This document shows positions 12,670 through 25,790 of a stretch of DNA of 64,000 nt, piece by piece. Position numbers and translations under genes: made by a program. The notes under the pieces are model-generated. The model saw only the letters and a list, made by a program, of their open reading frames with translations, did no database searches and had not been told where the DNA came from. Source of the stretch: Octopus sinensis (Eukaryota); assembly GCF_006345805.1 (NCBI RefSeq), contig NC_043004.1:39370001-39434000 (forward strand), written 5' to 3'. Position 1 is the first letter of the stretch, and every line of letters begins with the position of its first letter.

Positions 12670-12810
12670 AGACTAAGACAGGGGTATAAACAACAAGCAT
12701 GTGTATTAGTTTGACGCTCTGGAAAATGAGAAAGTACTTTACGTTTCGAGCCTACACTCTTCAGCAGAAAGAAATAAGAGAAAATTTACGGAGAGAGAAT
12801 AAAAAAGCTT
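12670..12810 (-). mobile_element. Short PLE-like element with HHR-like motif (A6C core)
   Basis: Minus strand 12737-12771: cttt CTGCTGA A GAGT gtag GCTC GAAAC GTA aag; homologous to 34945-35162. Confidence 0.6.
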
Positions 12811-14704
12811 GTGTGTATGTATATATACCTACCTACACACATATATATATATGGCGGTGCATCAGCATGGCCGCAGCTCTGAGCTGAAACTAGAGAAAAA
12901 AAAAATATATATATATATACGACAAGCTTCTTTCAATTTATGGCTAACAAATCCGCTCACAAGGCTCTGGTCGGCCCGGAGATATAGCAGAAGACAGGTA
13001 TCAAATGTGTGTGTGTGCATGTGTGTGTATATGTGTGTGTGTAGGTGTGTGCGTCTGTAGGAGAAAGTTTTTCTTTCAATTCAAACGAATTAGTTTAATA
13101 TAAAAGTTATTCGGTGATCTTCCATGGGCTTTGACATATTGGTCTAATCAATAATACAAAAAAAAATAATAATAATTCAAAGTACCCCAATGGAAGTGTC
13201 AGCTGAAGACTTCCTGTGGGCTTCCTGTAGACATCCTGTAAGAAACAATTTAACAGAACGGCTAAGTGCTGATATCAATCTGATAGCAATTTTTACACGA
13301 ATTAATTACACTGACGCTGTTTATTGGAGCCAAAAGAAAATTGGTACCGTTATGAATGCAGTCGCAAAATATATTTTGGATATTTGATGCGTTGCCCATT
13401 CTGTTAATAATTATTTCGTCTATTTCGTTATTTTTTGTCGTTTGTAAACATGGATAAAATTACCTGCCAAATTAGACTCTTGAATAAAGAAATAAACAAA
13501 CAAGTCAATAAATAAAATAACTATTATAAGACTGACCGAATGGAGCACTTGGTAGAAATACTAGAGGGAAAAGATCGCGTATGATATCGCCTGACTTGCT
13601 AAAATTGACAGCTAAATTTTTCCTCGAAACGTACCTTATTGTTTTCAATGCGGAAGACCAGTTATGTCAATGCATTCCTACATATGTTTGAAAGTAAATT
13701 GACACTATCATAATTAGAATTAGAATAACTTTGATCATTAAGTAAAGTAAGATTCGAGAATCCGAAGAAACTGGAGAAGGTCTGTGTCAGTAAGAATAAA
13801 CTCAAGAAGATGTCACGCGGGATATTTAATTTCAATTGGTGTGTGAGATTAAAATGTTTTGCTCTTCTGGTCCTTCTTCAAAAGTAATTAGAAATATACA
13901 AAGTAGTTTGTTTGCTCGGTTGACAGTAAAGGTCTGCCGGAAGAGAACTGTCAACAAAAACCAAACAATAACTAGTAAAAATGAAACGAGGTCATCTGCT
14001 GGATTTTTACTCGAGTCGAAGACCAATGATTTATGTATTACTAAGCATATATCTATATGTTGCATATGTAAAATAGAAAGACTGAAATACAAAAATATGA
14101 ATTAGGCTGTCTGGAGAGAAACCTACGATACTTTCTATATTCGGCATTTGGCTTCTGAATAATTTTAAAAAATAACATAAATTGTTTAATAAAGTGTAAA
14201 TCAAATGTGACCCATCGACTTTTGATGAATTCTTGCAGTCTTCAGAGAGTAGATTTTGTTAAAAATAACATTAAAAAATATTGACGAAATTAATTCTATA
14301 GAGCCGTATAGATTTAATAATGTTAATGAAAAGCCAAATAAAGATAATACTCTTGCCGCAAAAATAGTCGATAACTTATTTAAAAGCAAGCGTATTGATT
14401 TACAGCTGCCCTTTAACCCATACATTTTCAGCTATTAACTCTATAGCAATGTCGGCATCTGCTGCCCTCCACATTAACTCTCCACTACATTTGTTATTTA
14501 CTGTTAACAAAGTGCTGCTGTTATTTATTCAATTAAAACAAATGTTCCTGGCACAGTATGTTTCTCGCCGAATATGCATGATTTTTTTTTCTTTTATATA
14601 TTTAATCTAGAAATTATAGACTTTTATAAGTCTCATTACTTGAAATATAACTTGAATATATGGCATTATCGAAATTCTATGTGTGCTTGTTGAAGTTATT
14701 CACA

Positions 14705-15060
14705 CTATCATCATCATTGATTAAGGTTTCTCTTCTATGCTGACATAGGTTGGACAGCTGGACGCGATCTTACAAGACAGAACACTGCGGCGAGCTCCAG
14801 TGTCGGATTTGGCATGATGTCTCCGGTTGAATGCCTTCCTAACGCCACACAATTTACAGAAAATAATGGATGGATGCATTTTTCTTGGCACCGACGCTAG
14901 TTAGGTCACCAAGTAACTCGCAATACAACGGTCTTTGACTGAGTGGGAGTGTAACATCGAGGGAGATTCTTTTATGTCAGGTTTTGAGAGGCTAAACTGT
15001 GATAGAGGGAGAGTAACGCATGTCTTTCTGTAGAGAAGATACATGGCTACCCCAGTTAGA
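14705..15060 (-). mobile_element. RTE-type 3' tail or derived SINE
   Basis: (cat)n tail plus an ataggttggacag...gaatgccttcctaacgcca motif resembling RTE-clade 3' ends. Confidence 0.45.
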
Positions 15061-15089
15061 AAGACAAAAAATATGGCGCTGATCAAATG

Positions 15090-16150
15090 TCACGGTGCAT
15101 TCCCATGATAAAAGATGGTGAATATAAAACAGAATAGAAACAGATGATCGGAAAGGGTTAGAGACAGGAATTGATGAGATAAATGCAGTAAATGGTGAAC
15201 ACAGGTGGCAGTGTGATCGGTGATAAATATCAGTTTTGGATGGGGAGGTGAAAGAAAAAGAAATGTGTCAGCGAAGAAGAGTCGAAGGGTGTTAGTACAA
15301 AACAGGAGGATGGTGAAGAGCATCAGTATTCCAAAACCGTAGGAAGATGAAAAATAGTGAAATGATGTGGGAGTGTGCAGGATAAGAAAAGGAGACGGGG
15401 GATAGAGGGGCGTAAGGTGGAAATATTGAGTAACAAAATTAGTAGAGATCTGTCGATGGCAGATATAAGAGATGAAAGCGACTTTCAGTGGAAAGTAAAG
15501 TGGTAAGGAACGATACTAAAAATGGAGGGTGGATGCCAAACGAAAGTGGCTCCAAGGAGAGGGATAACAAGTAGCACAAAGTGGGGAAGAAATTTCTGCA
15601 GTTCCGCTATTATATAACTACAGTAGCTAAGTAAATAGTCTCGTAATCAGAAGGGTGAAAGAAGAATGGATGTTAGGAAGATAACTTATGAGGAAGATTT
15701 GACAGCGATAAATTGTGGAAGAGAGCACAGACCTCACTTTTTGTCAGATCTAATTTTTTACTAAGATGGACAGGTTTTCTCGAGTACAGTGAGTCGCCAA
15801 CTACCAAATATAATTTAGCTAAGGGTGGAAACCCTGACATGTCCCCATGATTAAATAGAAATAGCAAAATATGTCAAATTTTGAAAATGGAAAGGAAGTG
15901 TTGGCTAATGTAGTTTTTGTCAAACAATGCTCAAGTGAATGAGTGAGTTGGTCATGGCCGGAACGCTTCCAATAAGAGGCAAAAATCGGAGCTGACCCCA
16001 ACAGTAACTTTACACATTTTAATCTACTACAATGACACCAGTTCCTCTGTACTAACGATTCCAACAGAACAATCCTCACAACAAACATTTTCTCCATCTT
16101 TGCTATAACTACACACCTCTGCAAATTCTTCTCCTTACCATACAAATTGT
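15090..16150 (-). mobile_element. Possible very old LINE 5' part (PHD-like ORF1 and endonuclease remnants)
   Basis: Strong strand purine bias and Cys-rich remnants (VCCEDC...NWCH..C) only; no clean motif. Confidence 0.25.
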
Positions 16151-17444
16151 ACAAATATCAACGTTGAGGGTTTTAGATATGGCTATATGGTTAAGAAAGT
16201 TAGAAGGCAATCAAATTATATACGGTTTCGTTTCCACAGGAAGGCACTTTTAGCGTTTTCATTTATAAGTTCCGTTTGACCCAAAATATGAGTGAAATTA
16301 AATAAACTGGAACTGTACAGAAGCTTGACACATTGAGGTAGAAAGAGTTCAAGGGTGAATCAGCCACCCCGTTTAACGCTACCTTCTGACACTCAAGTTT
16401 CTTATAGCGCTGTCACAGTTGTTTTAAACGTCCGGATAGACACTTTTTGGTTTCTTCTCCTCTTCTTCAAACCAGTTTCACAAATTTTGCAAAAGGCTCA
16501 GGAGTGCTGCAGTTTCATTTCTAACACAAAAACAAAACAAGTGTCGAATCTCTTTTCTAAAAAAAAACAACATCATCCTGCATCGTTCTCACCAATCTAG
16601 AATGGTTTGCAAAGGTCATGTACAACGCCTCTCCTCTTATAACTGTGTAATTACCGAAATAACAATCTCTGCTTCTGCATTCTAGTATTTTTCTATTCTC
16701 TTATAGACTCTAGACAAATACAATTCGCTATGTTCAGATCTGCACTCAGAAACATAACGCGCCGAGCGGCTTATTTCTCATACGTTCCACAAATAAGTTG
16801 GGCTATAGTTCTAATTAATAGAAAAAATACCATAACATTCACATAACCACGGGTTTTTATGTCACCGGGTATACAATTTGATGGTGATGTAACAATCTAA
16901 CAAAATTCGTGTCATCTACGAATTAGTAGACGTTTGTCACTTGTTACAGCTGAAAATATATCTGCTGATGGATGCTGCAGTGCATAAACTAAATAAGAAA
17001 ATTAGAATAGAAACTGTGAAACGTCATTATGCATGATTAAAAACCCGAAAGCGTTACGTTCTAAGTGCGGTTATATAAATAACATCCCACCGCCATTGCT
17101 CAAGCACCAGAACTGCAAAAATTAATATGCGTTAAGTTATATAACTATTACAATATTTCTACAGCACATTGCTGTTAATTTTATTCTTCCTTTTTATTTT
17201 CTTTGACTTTTCTTCCTCATCTTGTTCTTTTACTTATTTTTATTTCTTCACCGATACCACCACTAACATCATCGTCACCATCATCATCATAATCATCATC
17301 ATCGGCAGAAGCTTCTTCTTCTTCTTCTTCTTCTTCTTCTTCTTCTTCTTCTTCTTCTTCTTCTTCTTCTTCTTCTTCTTCTTCTTCTTCTTCTTTTTCT
17401 TCTTCTTCTTCTTCTTTCCCTCTTTCTTTTTTTCTTTCTTTTGC

Positions 17445-18930
17445 AGAGGACCGCACAATTCCTGGCAGATATGTCCGCAACAAATTCCATCAAATAGGAT
17501 TCATCATACTGACAGAATATCTTATTGCTACTTTAATCCATTTAGAGCCATCCAGAACCTTCATGGGAGGCAAATAATTGACTGTGATCATCAGTGAAAT
17601 CTATTCCGTGTCCGTATTGAAAGGCTGAATCGTTTCAATACACAGTGATATTTGCTCTGTGATTAGACTATATACTAACCCACCAGAACCGAGTGGAACT
17701 ACATTCTCGATCCATCAACGGTGCCTCACTTATCGATTATGTATGATTTAGCTCTTGAGCCATTTCTGAGGAAGCTCCAAGGATTCAGGAGAATTCCGTT
17801 CGAACATTATTTTCCATGGGAAACACGAGTGTTCCCTTGTCCTAGCTAAGATTCGTGTCCTATGACACTAGAAAGTTAGAGTCATTCGATGAACGCGATT
17901 GGCAGAGGCACAACGTGGTGGGCCACGATGGACGCATGCTAACTGCTTCTAGGCAAACGTGTTCTGCTTTTCATATAGACTTTGTCCGATTCTGTGGTGG
18001 AAGCAGTAGACTGGATGCGATTAGATCTAAAACCTAGCCTCAGCAGCGCCTTTCCTTCTCTCCAAGTGTGGTAGTATGTTAAAAGAGTCGAAAATAACAG
18101 CTGAAATCTCTGAGTTTTGATGGTCAAACTTTGATCTCTATATTTCCTTGCCCGTCTTCTGTCATTAAAGATAATCGACTTAGCAGTATTGTTTATCGTC
18201 ATTGGTAGTTAGCCTGAAGTATTGGCATGTGTGTGAGCCGTTAAGTGGTGAAATTATTGAAGACAAGAATAAGGAAAATGCCTGAGATTATTTCAGATCC
18301 ATAATTTTGCTACGTGCTGAGTAGAAAAAAGGACCCGAGTTTCAATAGAAAAGAGAACGATTTGTTGTCGACACCTACTGTCTGGCGTCATGAGATGTCG
18401 TACATGAAAAATCACAAATTCAACTGGGCAAATTCGATGGTGAGATGTTGGCCTTGCATTTGAAGAATCATCTTCCTGCAGTTTCGATACAACATTGAGC
18501 TACGGTCGGAAAACAAACGTAGGCTATGGTCTGGTCTGCTTACATCAAGTGCACACCGTCCTATAATTGTACATAATGGAATCAACTAAAGCTCAAACGT
18601 TTCATTCTGAGGAAATAGCGACGAACATGGGCGGCCAGTTGTGAAAAGGTCTCCTTCAGATAACATTCAGGACAGGAATGTTGCTCAAGAAGACCTTGGA
18701 CTGGATGAGCTACCGAAAGGTTTTGCCACTACGAAATAAACTTAATAGGAATAGCAATGCCATCAACGCGACCTGTCTAAGATTCATGGATAGCGGTGAA
18801 CCGCTCTCTTCCTTTGCCCACGCTTCTTCTCGTTCCTTCGATTTCGTGCGCCGACGGACCGGCTGCACTCGTGCTTGTGAACCGCTCTCTTCCTTCTTAC
18901 TCAGTGCCTGAAAATTCAACACCAACTCAA
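17445..18930 (+). mobile_element. Degenerate Tx1/L1-clade LINE ORF2 (RT to C-terminus)
   Basis: IPGR...LIHLEPSRTF (LDQSKAF-like), S.HQ.C...LALEPFLRKL at about 17710-17777, and a TC.R zinc-knuckle-like remnant near 18770. Confidence 0.75.
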
Positions 18931-19290
18931 TACTGTCCTCCTTTCTCTTAGCATTACTTCTACTGTGTCCGAACAAAAAGTTACTTCAGTTATTAATTTG
19001 CCCAATCTTCTCTCTAAGAATATGGCCTTCGCTTCCACGATCATCTACTTAAGGTGGTACAGTCTGAACAGCGAAAATATTAATCCTCACCATTCAGGAA
19101 ATTTGTCCTTTTTTTTCAAAAACTATGTTATAGAAATTCTATGCTAAATACTGATGAAATCTATCTAGATACCACCTGGAAAATATGTAGCCTTGTGCCA
19201 AAGATAGAAATCATTGACTCCTTCATCACCATCGACATAACTATCACCAACCTCTTCCTCTTGCACCTAGTCATCCTCATTCTTGTCCTA

Positions 19291-19331
<41 letters not shown>

Positions 19332-19576
19332 ACATCATCATCATCATCATCATCATCATCGTCATCATCATCATCATCATCATCATCATCTTCATCACCA
19401 TCCACCACTCCTCAGATTCTCATCGCATCTCATCATTTTTCTTAACCTCATAATTTTCATGATCATCAATATTTCCTATATGATAATCATCAACTACCAG
19501 TAGCAGAAGAAATATTAATAGAAACTATATTCCTCTGAGAAACCCAACTATTAATTTTCTCTTTTTCCTTCTCTCT

Positions 19577-19642
<66 letters not shown>

Positions 19643-21090
19643 TCTCTCTGTATTTCTTACTCTCCCTTTCTCTTTCTCTCTCTCTCTCTTTCTCTTCCTC
19701 ATACGTTCTCTGATTTTCTTTCCCATATATATATTCTTATTTGTGTATGTATGTTTGTGTGCGCGCGTATGCATGTATGTATGCATGAATGTATGTATAT
19801 GTATATAAATACATTTATATATTTATATATAAATGTGCGCACAGGCACGCACACACACACTCACACACATGGATATTCTCTTGGTACAATGTCATACACT
19901 TGATGGGAGGTACTCATCAATAAAGTCGCTCTACCTGTCTGTTATTTATCACATCGATCGTGCAAAATCAACTCCGATGAGATTCGATGTCTGAATTTCG
20001 ATAAAACATAATTAAATAGCATGAGATTTCTTCGCCTAACACTCTATATATTCTGTCATTTAATGAATTCTAATCTAGATAGAAATAAGAAATGAAATTT
20101 TGTGGAGAATGAGTCGTTCGATTCTACAAGCACCGAGTAGTAAGGTGTTACTTATTGCAACAAATTCCAACAAATTCGGAAGGATAAAAGATAAAATCGG
20201 CTGCTGAGGAGTATGAACTTTGATGCTCTGCCGAATTTGCCATTCCACAGCCATATTAGCTATTTCTAATTAAGCTGATGGAGAATAATGGATGAATGAA
20301 TGAAAAGCAATGGTGGCCTCGTTGGTATCTGAACTCAGAATGTATAACATCGGAAGAAAATGCCGAAAAGAATTTTTTTTTTATGCTGTACCGAGTCTGC
20401 AAATCTGCTAAGCCACCAATCTGTCATAATGATATCAAATTTTGGCACATCGCCAGCAATTTTCAGGGGAAGGGGTAAGTCAATTGCATCGATCCCAGTA
20501 CTCAACTAGTACTTATTTTATCGACCCTGATGTGATGAAGTTGACCTCAGTGGAATTTGAATTCAGAACATGAAGACGGACAAAATATCCCGGTGTGCTA
20601 ATGAGTCTGCCCGCTTGCCGCTTTCCAATTCCGGCATCTAATTCTACCACAACTCTTTTATATACACTGGACCGCAAAAGAAACGCGTGGCGTGTATGAC
20701 GTGTATTCCATTATGTCAGCGATACATATTGATAAATCTGATAACTTTTTGGATACACTTTGACCACAGTCTCTGGGTCGTTGTCATGTGTTCTGGTAGT
20801 GGGCAGATCCAGCACAACGAGATTGTAGAACATGACATATTCAATACCGTATATGCCCTCCTTGGGTGTTCAAAACGGCTATACACCGTCGGTACATGAA
20901 GTGCATGAGGTGGTTCACAAAAGCCATTGCCACCTGAGCCCACACCCTTAGGAAAGCTTTCTCCAGTATCACACGAGTATCTGCCTTGGGACCACCTGGT
21001 TCACCCGTCTCTGGATTTCAACATATAACAACTTAGTGTTTGCTTCTTCCATGGGTATGAGTAAGTATTTCATTTATTTCTTTGCCGCAT

Positions 21091-21145
21091 TTATCACTGA
21101 CGAAGGGAGGGATCTTATGAACTAACCCTGAAACCGGTCTGATGG
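21091..21145 (+). ncRNA. Type I hammerhead ribozyme in a PLE-like fragment (about 21030-21168) inside the Tc1
   Basis: ttatca CTGACGA AGGG ...CCCT GAAAC CG GTC tgatgg: intact core, ACCGGT palindrome, GUC site after 21139. Confidence 0.8.
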
Positions 21146-21521
21146 TAATAACGGAACTTTTTAGAAATTGGGTTCAATTGGGTTCAAATCCGGGATGAGA
21201 GCCGGCCATGGCATGGTTCTGATGTTGTGCTCACGCAGGAAGACCATGGTGACTCTGGTCGTGTGGGAAGGAGCATTATCATGCTGGCTATGGTGACGCG
21301 CAAAGAAGGAGACGATGTGAGGTCTCTCCATGACACATGCGTCTCTGTAGTGTTCATCCCTCCAACACCACAACCTCATTCTGCCAGCCGAGATGAAAAC
21401 GCAGTACCGGCTCTCGTCAGAGAAGACTATCGACCTCCATCGTTGATGCTGCCAATGTTGTTGATGTGTAGCCCACTGTAGTTGTGCCTGGCGGTAGCGG
21501 ATGATGAGGACTGGCTCTCGA

Positions 21522-21850
21522 GCAGGTTGTTGTTGTTGTTATTGTTTGTTCCTTCTCGAGCCATGCCTGGCTCATAAGGGCCGATTTCACGGTAACTTGG
21601 CGTATAGGTTCCCCACCTGGATGGGACGCCGGAACGTCGCAGGTGAGCTGCAAGATGCAGGAGGAAAGAGTGAAAGAAGGTTGTGGCGAAAGAGTCAGCA
21701 GAAGTTTTGCCATTACCTTCTGCCGGAGCCGCGTGGAGCTTAGGTGTTTCGCTCATTAACACACCATCATCGCCCGGTCTGAGATTCGAACCCGCGATCC
21801 CTCGACCGCAAGTTCACTGCTCTAACCACTAGGCCATGTGCAGGTTGTTG
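21522..21850 (-). mobile_element. tRNA-derived SINE inserted in the Tc1 transposase
   Basis: A box TGGCCTAGTGG, B box GGTTCGAATC, (CAA)n tail; TSD GCAGGTTGTTG at 21522-21532 and 21840-21850; the transposase reading resumes across it. Confidence 0.92.
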
Positions 21851-21959
21851 GCGGTCAGTTGACCTCGTACCGTGTCGTCGCTGATGGGTCACTGTCCAGT
21901 GCCAATGGTCATGCAAGCTGACACGCTGGTGTTGCAGGTGGATGACTCCATGGAGTGGT

Positions 21960-23065
21960 CATTCCTCCTTTTCCTCCTTTTCCTCTTCGGGACGTTGGTC
22001 AATTTGTTCTCTTCTGGTGCCTTTATCTCTTTCTCCTCACATTTCTCCTTCGTCTCTGTATTTGTCGCCGTATGAGGAGGTGGTACAGTCTCCTTCACTC
22101 TTGGAGGTACCATCGGTGTTTTTGCGGGAGATGGGCATTATGGTGGGCATTATGCAGTTATGTGGCCTTTCTGGCCACACATGAAACATCGAGGCTTTCT
22201 GCCCTCCACCACTACCCTTAATCTCTTGTCACCCACCAATATAGTGTGCATAATAATCTCTGTCCTCCGGGTCATCCTGGATGATTGTCTCCAGCCTTTG
22301 CTCTAGCCAGTTTTGCTTTGGTAATCTTGATGCTTGGATTGTTATCCTCTCCTCCAAGCCGAATCTTATAGCCGCTACCAGCCAGACAACATCCACCTCT
22401 GGTGGGGTTTCTTGGACCCTTACTCTGGAAGTTCGCCTTCCAAAAATAGTCATTTCATCCGTCTTCAGTGGGGATATGGAGTGTTGCCTGGCTATTTCCT
22501 CTGTTTGAAACCACACTTCCACCGAAGCATATTTGTTACACCTGGCCAGCTACGTGATTTCTGACCAGATGGGTCCCAAGAACCTTTCGATTTGGGCCAT
22601 TGTTCTCACATCTATTTTTTCTCTTTGACTATAAACGTTTTAAATATTATTGTTTACTTCAACGTATCCTGAGTAACTCTTCGAAGAGGGGTCAGCTCAG
22701 TTACGTGCCCCTTCTTTTAAACAGGTCATTGAAATCTTTAAACCCTGCATTTCACATTTTGACTCCTCTTTCGAAGCGCCGGCCGTAACGCAAAATATTT
22801 TATACTTTTCTTGTTAACATTTATTATCCTCCTCTGTGTTATCCAAGAATACCATTAATTCACTCTCCGACAAATCCACGTCAGAAAGACTTAACCTTTC
22901 ACAACCAGTATTTATGTTATACAAAAAGCGCTTCCCCACTTAAAAAAGGGGGAAATGATAACAACACCGCCACGAAGCAGTAAAACAACGGTGTATTAAA
23001 CAAACACAGTAACAATACTCAACAATTCAACAACCGTAATATACAAACAAACAAACGACACTGAC
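21960..23065 (-). mobile_element. Gag/ORF1-like pseudogene with CCHC zinc knuckle (L1/Tx1-type ORF1)
   Basis: AQIERFLGPIWSEIT*LARCNKYASVEVWFQTEE...VVVEGRKPRCFMCGQKGHITA*CP (knuckle 22147-22188), then a K/E/R-rich tail; begins with an Inr-like TCAGT. Confidence 0.7.
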
Positions 23066-24056
23066 CGTTAATAACGATACTAACTCTTGGTGGACACATT
23101 CCGAATGACTTCTTTATTGCACACAAGGGGCTACACATAGAAGGGGACAGTACTACATGATCTTTGGGGTCATGTTAAAACGTATGTTATGAAACTGAAA
23201 ATTTATGCGAATGGAATAACGAATGTGACACAATTTATATAACAGACATAGGAGGACACATGAAGCTTAAAAGACAGATTGCCGACCCCGCCAGCCCTGC
23301 CTTGTCAGCTGACACTCTCGGCAGCCCTTATAGCGTGTTCCCGCAGGGCCTTTCACACCCAGCATCCACACAACACGCATCCATCTTTTTTTGAACATGC
23401 ATTCTGATAGACACCTTCTCTCTAGCCCTACCTTTCTTTTTAGGTGGAACTTGAAAAAGTTCAACACGGCAAGGCCAGATATCATGGTGGACACATTTCG
23501 AATGCCAGGAACGTAGCTCAAGGGGATTTTTATTTCCATAATCTCCACGAGATGCACGTGCATTTCAGTTTTCATGACAACTGTTTGCCGGCATTCAAGT
23601 TGAAAGTTACCAGCAATTTGGGTCTCAGCCATAAACCTTGAAATATTTTCACTTACATCCCCGAAAAGAATTTTCAGAATTTACCACATAAAACTGACAC
23701 TTGAAAATACGCGTTTCTTTTGCGGTTCAGTATAAATAAAAACGCACGACACATGGAGCTGATTTATCCATGGAAAGTGAGCGAAGTTATTGTAGCTTAG
23801 ACCTCTACGCCATTACCACCAGCACGGGTACATTCGCCACTGCCACCAACACCATTATTACTAAAACGGATACGGTATATAAATAAATAAATATATATAT
23901 ATACATAAACAACTTATAAATGAGGGCAAAGGAAAAAATTTCTAATGCCAAATATGCCGAAACTAGACACATTGTCTATAACTATATAATTTATCACAAA
24001 AAGCACGCTACTCGAAGAAGGTCGACAGAAATTTCTAAAAAATTCCGTTATTACCA

Positions 24057-24109
24057 TATCAGACCGATTTCAGGGTTAGTTCATAAGAACCCTCCCTTCA
24101 TCAGTGATA
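24057..24109 (-). ncRNA. Type I hammerhead ribozyme, inverted copy of the 21091 motif (homology about 24029-24170)
   Basis: Minus strand: tatca CTGATGA AGGG agg GTTC ttat GAAC taa CCCT GAAA TCG GTC tgata. Confidence 0.78.
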
Positions 24110-24238
24110 AATGCGGCAAAGAAATAAATGAAATACTCATACCCATGGAAGAAGCAAACTATTAAGTCATGAGCACATGACTTTATACTACATTAGATAT
24201 ACATATATATATACATACATATATATATATATTATATA

Positions 24239-24269
<31 letters not shown>

Positions 24270-24270
24270 A

Positions 24271-24418
24271 TGTTGGGCCTGCTCGCTTAGCCAGCGGGGT
24301 GGCGTCATTTGAAGGCTAAAACAATGCGAAGCGCATTGTGACCAGCGATGTGTAGCAACATCCGATAGCCTGGTCGGTCACGTGACACATATATATATCA
24401 CGTGACGTGACACGTGAT
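24271..24418 (+). mobile_element. 5'-truncated SINE tail embedded in (TA)n
   Basis: Matches the 3' half of the SINE at 29841-30144; ends in tcacgtga repeats; TA arrays on both sides. Confidence 0.85.
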
Positions 24419-24469
24419 ATATATATATATATGTGTGCGTGTGTGTATGTATGTATGTATCTATAACAA

Positions 24470-24910
24470 AATTATTGATCATCAATAGTAGGTATAAAAT
24501 ATAAAATAAAATTGTTAGTAAAATATATTATTACATAAATAAGTGCCGCCAGCTGTTTAGTAAAAGTTCCAAAGCAAACAAATCTCGTGAAATAAAATAA
24601 TATTTTATCAATATAAATAAAATAGGAATAAAATAAAGAGATGGTTTTTCAAATTTTGTTCTTGCGTTTAATGACGACTCTATATAGGAAATGTTTATAG
24701 GAATATGTATTTAAAAACACAAGTTTCTGTTCTTGGTTATGCTATCGTTTAGATTCTGTTTGACTTTTCAGACTGCCTTGTTTGTTTTGTTTTGTTTTGT
24801 TTCGTTTTTACGTTGCTATTTTTCGTTGCATCCTTATCTGAATGTAAAATTTAGTTTATATAGTTCAAATATCTCTATTGGAATGTCCTCTCTGAAGATA
24901 GCAACTTTTA
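24470..24910 (+). repeat. Old unclassified interspersed repeat, copy 1 (copy 2 at 38980-39390)
   Basis: Shared blocks aaataagtgc..cagctgtttagtaa, ttgttcttg.gtttaatg.cgac, ttgctattttt...catccttatct, atgtcctct.tga.ga.agcaac. Confidence 0.7.
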
Positions 24911-25559
24911 GCAAGAATTTATCATAAATACGAGCCACAAAAATTTTTCTGTGTCACAGATCTATCGGAATGAATCTCTACAGCTTCAATAACAGTTCAA
25001 AAATTTATCATTATGTAGCAACAAAGTTATAAAAAAAATTTTAATGTCTTTTAGTTCTTCTTCTTAGTTTTACCATCATCTGTATTGCACATAGATCTTG
25101 TGTTGTTTTTACAACTCAAGTCATGACCAATGACCAAAAATTCTTTAAGATTCTTTCATCAGTTTTCGAACATTTTTTCTTATGATCTTTCTGGTTCACA
25201 TCACAGTAATGTGGTTGTCTACAATAGTTCTGTTCAATTCTTTATCCATGATTTCATCTTCTTAGAGATTGTACAAAAAGTGTCTACAACCACGGGCACA
25301 ATTTCAACATTTCTTAAGCACTACATCCTTGCAAATTTTCAGATTTGAATATTTCTCAGTCTTGTTCATTTTTACACATTTTAGAAACGCTATGTCATTA
25401 TAGAAATGCTTTGTCAATTATTGTGCAACATCTTGCTTTTATTTTTATTTGTTATTTATTTATTTATTTATTTTTCTAACGTCAACAATGTCATCTCATC
25501 TCATTTATTTCATCACATTAAATGATGAAGTCTCACTGCGCATTATTAACTTGTTAATA

Positions 25560-25790
25560 TACCTCTGCCTTAAGGTGGCATTCCAGCAGAATCGTTAGCA
25601 CGCCGGGCAAAATGCTTAGCAGCATTTTCTCCGTCTTTACTCTAAGAGTTAAAATTTTGCCGCGTTCAACTTTGCTCTTCATCCTTTCGGAGTCGATAAA
25701 ATTTATACAAATAGCACACTGGACTCGAACTAATCGGTTTATCCCCTCCCACTTGCTGCACCTGTGCTAAAAGTTGAAACCAATAACCCA
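25560..25790 (+). mobile_element. tRNA-derived SINE (core as at 10310-10750)
   Basis: gcagaatcgttagcacgccgggcaaaatgcttagc...actttgctcttcatcctttcggagtcgataaa. Confidence 0.75.

Larger units (their letters stand above)
20665..23732 (-). mobile_element. Tc1-family (DD34E) DNA transposon, decayed, with nested insertions
   Basis: 23-bp TIRs (C/T)ACTG(G/A)ACCGCAAAAGAAACGCG, TA at both ends; transposase motifs IVFSDESRY, HDNAPSH, WPAL.PDLNPIE and MYRRCIAVLNTQGGHIRY* (stop at 20841). Confidence 0.92.

Noticed and set aside
13830-14440. Short ORFs (89, 74, 60 aa) in AT-rich unique-looking DNA
   Set aside because: No recognisable motif in any frame; could be very old TE debris, but I cannot support a call.
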